UHGV virus genome: UHGV-0384112 | DNA from: a virus | Length of the DNA stretch: 40,340 nt | Reading direction: 5' to 3' (one strand) | Part shown: piece by piece, positions 34,910-40,340 of the stretch | How the letters are laid out: each line of letters begins with the position of its first letter | Position numbering within the stretch: the first letter of the stretch is position 1 | The notes under the pieces: model-generated | What the model saw: the letters and a program-made list of their open reading frames with translations, nothing else | What the model was told of the DNA's origin: nothing | The model's database searches: none | Translations under genes and position numbers: made by a program

Positions 34910-35204
34910 GAAAGCGGCAATGCAGCGAATTATCGAATTGACTTATTCAGAAGATTGGCAAAATGACAAAGAAGCTGCTTCAGAAGTGATGAGGCTTGGA
35001 AGAGCGATGTGGGCAGACAAGAGCAACAAGCCAAGACCACGAAAAATCGCAATTTGGCACGGTGACAAACTTCTAGTGATAGGGACAGCTGAACAGTTAG
35101 CAAGTCTCACAGGCTTGCACGAGAAAATCGTGAGGAAAAGAGCAAGGTGTGGCTACACAGACGCTAAGAAGAGAACGTTTAGATACGTGGAGGAATCATC
35201 ATGA
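34902..35204 (+). CDS. hypothetical protein, paralog A of the 35359..35664 gene (HTH-like TAEQLASLTGL)
   Basis: About 55-60% identical to the downstream paralog by manual alignment. Confidence 0.55.
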   Translation: MDKKAAMQRIIELTYSEDWQNDKEAASEVMRLGRAMWADKSNKPRPRKIAIWHGDKLLVIGTAEQLASLTGLHEKIVRKRARCGYTDAKKRTFRYVEESS

Positions 35205-35362
35205 CAACAGAAGAAGTGATTCAAATGCGTATTCGAAGCCTTCAGCGTGAGATTGACGATCTGGAACGAACAAAGGCAGTGATGGTCAATGAAACGGCGA
35301 GAAAGGCAATCGATTTGCACATAGAGAATTTAAGAAGGGAAATCCATCGATTGGAGGAATGA
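35201..35362 (+). CDS. small coiled-coil protein (53 aa) between the paralogs
   Basis: Found by hand. ATGA overlaps at both ends, implying translational coupling. Confidence 0.35.
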   Translation: MTTEEVIQMRIRSLQREIDDLERTKAVMVNETARKAIDLHIENLRREIHRLEE

Positions 35363-35664
35363 GCGTGGATAAGAAAGCAGCAATGAAAAGAATTGCTGAA
35401 TTAACCAAGTCAGAATCTTGGCAAGAAGACAAAGAAATAGTTGCAGAAGTCCAAAAGCTCGGTAAATCAATGTGGACTGAAAAGCCCAAACGGAGAACGC
35501 CGAGAAAAATTGCAATCTGGCATGATGACCGAATTTTAGTAACAGGTACTGCTGAACAGTTATCTGAAATTACTGGATTAAGCAAAAACATTATCTGGGA
35601 TAGAGCTAGGAGCTTATGGATTGATTCAAAAGGACGACAGTTTAGGTATGTGGAGGAGAGATAA
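35359..35664 (+). CDS. hypothetical protein, paralog B
   Basis: See paralog A. Confidence 0.55.
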   Translation: MSVDKKAAMKRIAELTKSESWQEDKEIVAEVQKLGKSMWTEKPKRRTPRKIAIWHDDRILVTGTAEQLSEITGLSKNIIWDRARSLWIDSKGRQFRYVEER

Positions 35665-36020
35665 TGGATCTCATTACACAATACAGTGACATCATCCTCA
35701 AGAAAATCATGATGAAGATTCAGAAAGATAAAAAATCAAAAGAACGAGCTGAATTAGTTAAGTTAGAAATGGCTGAAACAGGAGCAGGAGTGCGAAGTAG
35801 CAGGCATTGGAAAGCAGCAGCAAACATTGAATTTTATTACAACGAAATTCAAAAAGGGTTCGATCAGATGCGTGAGCTGGATCGGCAAACAAATTGGAGC
35901 AAGAAACTTCATCAAGATCGTTTCAAATTTGTAGAGAAGTATAAAGAAATATTAGAAGAGTATTTGAGGAGGACAGCAAATGATAAAAAAACTCGTTCAA
36001 TTCAGCATGGATTTATATGA
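35664..36020 (+). CDS. hypothetical protein
   Basis: 118 aa, translationally coupled. Confidence 0.5.
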   Translation: MDLITQYSDIILKKIMMKIQKDKKSKERAELVKLEMAETGAGVRSSRHWKAAANIEFYYNEIQKGFDQMRELDRQTNWSKKLHQDRFKFVEKYKEILEEYLRRTANDKKTRSIQHGFI

Positions 36021-36225
36021 TATCGAATCAGGAGCAACACTATCTGTGGAATCGGACCATCTAATCATAAATTTTGGTGGAAAGCGCCAGATTATTTTGT
36101 GGGTAGTTGATGATGTACTGTTTCCAGAAATTGTTCATGATTTCGAAGAATCAAAAGCGGTTGAGTTTGAAATAGTGAAAAAAGTAATGGAATTGATTGA
36201 AAAATACGAGGAGGACAGCGAATGA
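35980..36225 (+). CDS. hypothetical protein
   Basis: 81 aa. Confidence 0.45.
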   Translation: MIKKLVQFSMDLYDIESGATLSVESDHLIINFGGKRQIILWVVDDVLFPEIVHDFEESKAVEFEIVKKVMELIEKYEEDSE

Positions 36226-36641
36226 TACCGAAGTTTAGAGCGTGGGATAAACGAAAGAACGTAATGAGAGATGTAGCCGTCTTGCATTTTACTAAAAACG
36301 GCAAAACAAACTTTATTGAATATTGGATAAATCCTACCGAATTGAAATCATATCACGTGCGAAACATCGACCTCATGCAATCCACAGGAATGAAAGATAA
36401 GAATGGTGTGGATATATTTGAAGGGGATATAGTATTAGTCAGCGTGCGAAATGGCTTCGATTACTTAGATAATAAAGTCTGTATTGTCAAAAATTCAATA
36501 GATTATTCCGGATTAGTTTGTGCCACTGTTGATGAAGACTTAGAGTATCAAATTTTTAACACAGAGCTGTTTGAAGAATACACGTACGAAGTCACCGGAA
36601 ATATATACGAGAATAGCGAGTTATTGGAGGAACAGCGATGA
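36222..36641 (+). CDS. YopX-family phage protein
   Basis: N-terminus MIPKFRAWDKRKNVM… is the YopX signature. Confidence 0.55.
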   Translation: MIPKFRAWDKRKNVMRDVAVLHFTKNGKTNFIEYWINPTELKSYHVRNIDLMQSTGMKDKNGVDIFEGDIVLVSVRNGFDYLDNKVCIVKNSIDYSGLVCATVDEDLEYQIFNTELFEEYTYEVTGNIYENSELLEEQR

Positions 36642-37195
36642 ATAAACAGGAAGCAATCAAAAAGTTAGAAAGTATTAAAGCGATAGGAAATGATGCAATA
36701 GCTGCTTGCTATAACGAGAGTATAAATTCAGGTATTACGTTAATGAAAAAAATAGACGAACCGCAGAAACCAGTTATTCCACAACTCGTGGCCGGTTGGC
36801 TTGAGAAATCTACGGACCCTTTTACAAAAGCTGAAAAAATAGCGTATTTAATCAAATCTAAAGATGGTGATTCATATTATTTCTGTGATTGGTTTGTACG
36901 AGATGGCATAGTGACGCAAGAGCAAGGAGAAGAATTACTCGCTTGGGCAACAAGACAATCATATGAAACACTATTGAGCCTATACAACGGCTACGAGGTT
37001 GAGAAAGAGCCGTTATGGGCAATAAAGAATGCCGATGGAAACTATCTTACTAAATGTGCTTTATGGGGAAAAGATGGAGTAAATTATAGTTTTGAATGCA
37101 ATCCATCTCATCGATTGCTTTTCACTGATAAAGCAACAGCGGATGCTGCAGCATTGTTGGTGAATGGAACAGTGGAAGAGGTGGTAGAAAGATGA
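36638..37195 (+). CDS. hypothetical protein
   Basis: 185 aa. Confidence 0.5.
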   Translation: MNKQEAIKKLESIKAIGNDAIAACYNESINSGITLMKKIDEPQKPVIPQLVAGWLEKSTDPFTKAEKIAYLIKSKDGDSYYFCDWFVRDGIVTQEQGEELLAWATRQSYETLLSLYNGYEVEKEPLWAIKNADGNYLTKCALWGKDGVNYSFECNPSHRLLFTDKATADAAALLVNGTVEEVVER

Positions 37196-37488
37196 AACTA
37201 AAAGACGGATTTTACGCTAGCAGTCACGGTATCGGCGGTTTAATGCTAGATATGCCGACAAAGAACCCTAAAACACGCAAGAAATCAAAATTCAAAGTCG
37301 GTGACATGGTCCGCTGTGAAGCAGAAGAGTTCGTTTATCCGTTCAGAGGATACGTTAAAAAGATACTGTCAAACTCAGCAATCATTCGTATTGAAAATAC
37401 AATGAAGTGTGATCGTTCGACTGCAAAACACAAGCATTATTTAGCTGTAGCGAGATTAGTTGACATGGAAGTAATCAAGAGCAAATAA
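37192..37488 (+). CDS. hypothetical protein
   Basis: 98 aa. Confidence 0.5.
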   Translation: MKLKDGFYASSHGIGGLMLDMPTKNPKTRKKSKFKVGDMVRCEAEEFVYPFRGYVKKILSNSAIIRIENTMKCDRSTAKHKHYLAVARLVDMEVIKSK

Positions 37489-37561
37489 AAAAAGCCGGAT
37501 CGCTCCGACTGATTCAATAAATCCAACACATTTATTATATCACATAAAGGAGCGGTTTGAC

Positions 37562-37978
37562 TTGATGCAATTGTTACGAGAGGTAGATTTCAAACAGACA
37601 AGATGTAATGCGAGAGATGTGCTGAAGAACTTTCGGCGTTTGGAGCGGATGGCAGGTCGCTCTTTGATAGATATTAAGTCGCCGATTATAACGGATATGC
37701 CGAAGGCACCGAAGCATGGCAATAAGGCAGAAGACGCGATTATTCAGATGATGGATATAGAAACGGAGAGAGATGCGATTCTAGCGGCTTTGATGGCTCT
37801 TAGTCTGATTAGTCGTCAGATACTCTACTACAGCTTCTGTGTGCCAGATAGCTTCTCAAACTACAGAATTAGCCGTGAAGTGGGTTATTCAGAAAGAAGT
37901 ATACAACGGATGAAGTCGGAAGCTCTAATAGAGTTTGCAGAAGCATATAAACACGGAAAAATAATTGCTTATAAATAA
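37562..37978 (+). CDS. arpU: ArpU-family late transcriptional regulator (sigma-like)
   Basis: 138 aa in the last position of the early region before the packaging genes. It carries a sigma-70 region-4-like C-terminus (SREVGYSERSIQRMKSEALIEFAEAY). Confidence 0.7.
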   Translation: MMQLLREVDFKQTRCNARDVLKNFRRLERMAGRSLIDIKSPIITDMPKAPKHGNKAEDAIIQMMDIETERDAILAALMALSLISRQILYYSFCVPDSFSNYRISREVGYSERSIQRMKSEALIEFAEAYKHGKIIAYK

Positions 37979-38030
37979 TTTGGCGGTTTTTTGGCGGAAT
38001 GATGGCGGTTTTTAGACATTTACCAGTGTT
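37979..38030 (+). repeat. three direct GGCGG(T)n repeats (TGGCGGTTTTTTGGCGGAATGATGGCGGTTTTT)
   Basis: Seen directly, immediately after arpU. Confidence 0.3.
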
Positions 38031-38117
38031 ATTATGGTAGTGTCGAAAGATTAGGAAACAGGATCGACAAAATAAACGAAGGGAGGCAATCTCCCTCATC
38101 GTTTTAAACTTCTTCTT

Positions 38118-38262
38118 AGATAGACAGCAACTAATTATGAAGAAAAGGATGTGAATTCAACTCCTCCTAAATTCTTCATCGGTTGCTGTTTATTTTGATT
38201 AGACAGCAGCACTCACAAAACTAAACATGTTCTTGTCGTCTTTCAACTGCTGCTGTCTATTA
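38118..38262. repeat. four copies of the 12-mer ATA[GA]ACAGCA[GA]C (38120-38131 +, 38182-38193 -, 38199-38210 +, 38249-38260 -); a fifth copy at 38965-38976 (-)
   Basis: Counted by hand on both strands. They flank a convergent pair of small genes. Confidence 0.5.
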
Positions 38263-38286
38263 ATTTATGTATTGGAGGGAAGAAAA

Positions 38287-38439
38287 ATGAAATTATCAGT
38301 AGAAGGCACTCCAGAAGAAATACAAGAATTGCTCCAAGCTATTGGTAGTAGCAAGGAGCAAAAGGTAAGTGTTTCTAATTCAGATATTGACGGTATTTGC
38401 AATTGTTTAAACAGAGAAAAAATATCTAATCCTTACTAA
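38287..38439 (+). CDS. small hypothetical protein (50 aa)
   Basis: RBS GGAGGG before ATG 38287. Confidence 0.35.
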   Translation: MKLSVEGTPEEIQELLQAIGSSKEQKVSVSNSDIDGICNCLNREKISNPY

Positions 38440-38723
38440 GAGAAAATATGTTCGTTAATGAATTTCCAATTTTCCTCTGTAGCTCTACCTTGATAATTTT
38501 TTTGCAGTTCACAGATGAATAAGGAATCGTTATTATCAAGTACTGTATTTAATTTTTCACACATTTGATTTGGATTCAAATTAGTTTTAACTAACCAAAA
38601 AGATTTTTGTAGCTTTATATATGCCCCAAATTCTTTTATTATTTCAAATACTTTATCATACTTTTGCCCTGGGTTATTAAGATCATAACTAATCATGTAG
38701 GGTTTATACATGTTGTCTTGCAC
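38436..38723 (-). CDS. hypothetical 95-aa protein with a possible ferredoxin-like Cas2/VapD-type fold (speculative)
   Basis: The beta1 (YMISYDL) - loop - alpha (VFEIIKEFG) - beta2 (AYIKLQKSFWLV) - …DSLFICEL pattern resembles Cas2/VapD at motif level only. There is a TATAAT box about 50 nt upstream on the minus strand. Confidence 0.4.
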   Translation of the reverse strand: MQDNMYKPYMISYDLNNPGQKYDKVFEIIKEFGAYIKLQKSFWLVKTNLNPNQMCEKLNTVLDNNDSLFICELQKNYQGRATEENWKFINEHIFS

Positions 38724-39129
38724 ATCCTTGTTTTATATTTCAGCGGACCACTCGCTGATAAATAAAATTATACGCTTAGTATTTATTTTCACAATATTAA
38801 TTTATCGTAATAACTTTTGAGTAAATAGAACAAAAAACCTGCACTAGTTTCCGCTAGTACAGGCAGTGACTATATCGGTTGATAATCTAGCATATATTGA
38901 AAATAATTGCAAGAAAAGAAATTTATAGTGGTTTATACCAAATTATCAAAGCAATGTTATTTTGTTGCTGTCTATTGTTTTTTAATTATTCACACGATAA
39001 CTAAAGGTGGGTGAAGAGAAATGATTCCATTAATAATTTCAATTTTTGCGCTCTGTCTTAATGTCTATATGATTGGATTTAAAAATGGGCAAAATAAAAA
39101 ATAGTAGCAGCCAAGAATAATTTTATAGT

Positions 39130-39217
39130 GTCACTGTGGCGGAAAGGGTAGACGCTAAGCATGTGTGCTAGGTCAATGCTTCGGCAACCATGCAAGGTTC
39201 GATTCCTTGCCAGCGAC
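39130..39217 (+). ncRNA. tRNA-like element 1 (non-canonical)
   Basis: 5' GTCACTG…3' CAGCGAC acceptor-like pairing with one mismatch. D-arm-like TGGCGG-AAAGGGTAGA-CGC, an AAGCAT/ATGCTT stem with a 13-nt loop, and a canonical T-arm CAAGG-TTCGATT-CCTTG. Confidence 0.3.
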
Positions 39218-39327
39218 ATTAAATGCCTATGACGGTTACGACTACCGAAAAAAGATCGTTAAGAAGCTATACGGTGCTACGTACGGCAATGTAGTAAGTG
39301 TGCTATCTGTACACCACCAAGCTTCGG

Positions 39328-39424
39328 TCACTGTGGCGGAAGTAGAAGACGCAGCGGTAAATGGCGAGTAGCCTCGTGAGAGCCTGGTAAGTTCTCGTGA
39401 GTGGTGCAATCCCACTCCAGCGAC
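39328..39424 (+). ncRNA. tRNA-like element 2 (diverged tandem copy of element 1)
   Basis: It shares GTCACTGTGGCGGAA…GACGC at the 5' side and …CCAGCGAC at the 3' side. T-arm-like GAGTGG-TGCAATC-CCACTC. Confidence 0.3.
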
Positions 39425-39566
39425 TTTAAGCAACCGAGGCATCGGCGGTTTAAAAATATAGGGGTGCGCAATTTCGTACGCGTTTTGTGCATCGTGCAAG
39501 TTACTATTACATATTAGATCACTCTTTGAGTGGTCTTTTTATTTTTGCACAAAGGAGGAAACAACA

Positions 39567-39734
39567 ATGTATAGACCACAATACTTAGAACAGAAGTATG
39601 AAGTAATCACTGTTCATAAAGGTAATGGCGAAAAAGTATATGAGTATAGAAGACCAATAAAGAGCGATACATATAAACGAAAGGAAAACAATGAAGTTAT
39701 TCCATTGTATGGCAAAAGAATAGCTAAGCATTAA
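39567..39734 (+). CDS. small hypothetical protein (55 aa)
   Basis: RBS AGGAGG 8 nt before ATG 39567. Confidence 0.4.
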   Translation: MYRPQYLEQKYEVITVHKGNGEKVYEYRRPIKSDTYKRKENNEVIPLYGKRIAKH

Positions 39735-39759
39735 ATAAGATTGCGAAAGGAGACGGAAC

Positions 39760-40104
39760 ATGACCGAGGAATTCTATAGATGGCTATTACAGTTGACAAG
39801 AGAAGATCGTTTGGTTAAGTTCTATCAGTCTCCTAAATGGCGCAGGCTTAGAGAGAAAGCGATGAAACGAGATCACTATGAATGCCAAGAGTGTAGAAGA
39901 CTAGGTAAGTATCATAGAGTAGAGAACGTTCATCATATAAAGGAAGTCAAGGATAGACCTGACTTAGCTTTAGATTTAGATAATCTTATTTGTTTATGTG
40001 TTGAACATCATAATGAAGTTCATGGCAGATATCTTACAGCATTAGATAAACAAGAGAAGAAGATAGAAAGCTTTGCTAACTTCGATGCAAGTGAAAGGTG
40101 GTAA
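39760..40104 (+). CDS. HNH endonuclease (terminase-associated)
   Basis: CxxC…HHIKEV…NLICLCVEHHNEVHG. Adjacent (in circular order) to terS/terL, as in cos-type HNH-terminase phages. Confidence 0.8.
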   Translation: MTEEFYRWLLQLTREDRLVKFYQSPKWRRLREKAMKRDHYECQECRRLGKYHRVENVHHIKEVKDRPDLALDLDNLICLCVEHHNEVHGRYLTALDKQEKKIESFANFDASERW

Positions 40105-40108
40105 GTGC

Positions 40109-40340
40109 ATGATCATCAATGATAATGGCAGAGAGTATGATACAGAAAAGATTGAAGAGTATTCATCTTATACTCAGGGATTAATTAAACGTTTGATATA
40201 CGTTCGCTATGTAGGTATTAGGGATCTGTTATCAGATAACTGTTGTAGTAAATACAAAGTGAATCAAGTAAGAGAAGCGTTGAATAAAGATAATAACGTC
40301 GAAAGAATAAAAAATGTTTTTGGATATAGTATTGAAGAGA
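40109..40340 (+). CDS. hypothetical protein, 3'-partial (runs off the window end)
   Basis: ATG 40109, open to the last base. If the molecule is circular the frame continues into 1..53 and ends at the TAA at 51-53. Confidence 0.4.
   Translation, partial: MIINDNGREYDTEKIEEYSSYTQGLIKRLIYVRYVGIRDLLSDNCCSKYKVNQVREALNKDNNVERIKNVFGYSIEE

Noticed and set aside
38118-38980. Possible CRISPR array because of the recurring 12-mer
   Set aside because: The copies are in mixed orientation and irregularly spaced (62, 17, 50 and 705 bp), with no regular repeat-spacer architecture and no cas genes. It is not a CRISPR.
39165-39499. ORFs 39165..39371 (+) and 39242..39499 (-)
   Set aside because: No RBS. They overlap each other and the repeated tRNA-like structured block. 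The GC enrichment is better explained by RNA or DNA structure than by coding.

Overview
The window reads as an almost complete temperate siphovirus genome or prophage from a low-GC Gram-positive host. ArpU, IS3-family elements and a holin resembling the LL-H phage family suggest an Enterococcus or Lactobacillales host, but I cannot confirm this from sequence alone. Gene order on the + strand from the window start is: terS, terL, portal, ClpP-like prohead protease, HK97-type major capsid, an embedded GT-A-like gene, head-tail joining genes, major tail protein, a tail chaperone with a canonical -1 frameshift, a 1143-aa tape measure, Dit, Tal, a BppU-like receptor-binding protein, an XkdX-like protein, and holin plus a signal-peptide endolysin. 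Downstream lie a tRNA-Met(CAT), an AT-rich non-coding stretch and an IS graveyard: an IS3-family element nested in a truncated IS150-like element. An 89-bp direct repeat brackets this graveyard together with a three-gene moron cassette that ends in a HEPN-like protein. The other half is the lysogeny and early region. It holds a tyrosine integrase (-), three minus-strand morons between int and the cI-like repressor, and an ImmA/cI pair. A genetic switch follows, with two near-identical promoter/operator units, then antirepressor, Cro-like, Rha, a putative SSAP, an HNH-motif protein, a DnaD-like replisome organizer, small genes including tandem paralogs, YopX and the ArpU late activator. The window ends with an unusual region of dispersed 12-mer repeats and two tandem tRNA-like elements, followed by an HNH endonuclease that sits directly upstream (in circular order) of terS, the arrangement typical of cos packaging. 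The most interesting candidates are a putative virion O-glycosylation module (a GT8-like gene wedged in the head operon plus poly-Thr C-termini on both major capsid and tail tube proteins), the repeat-bracketed HEPN-containing cassette, the int-cI moron cluster, and the tRNA-like/12-mer-repeat region upstream of the HNH-terminase genes. All functional calls rest on my reading of motifs and gene order. No database searches were run.
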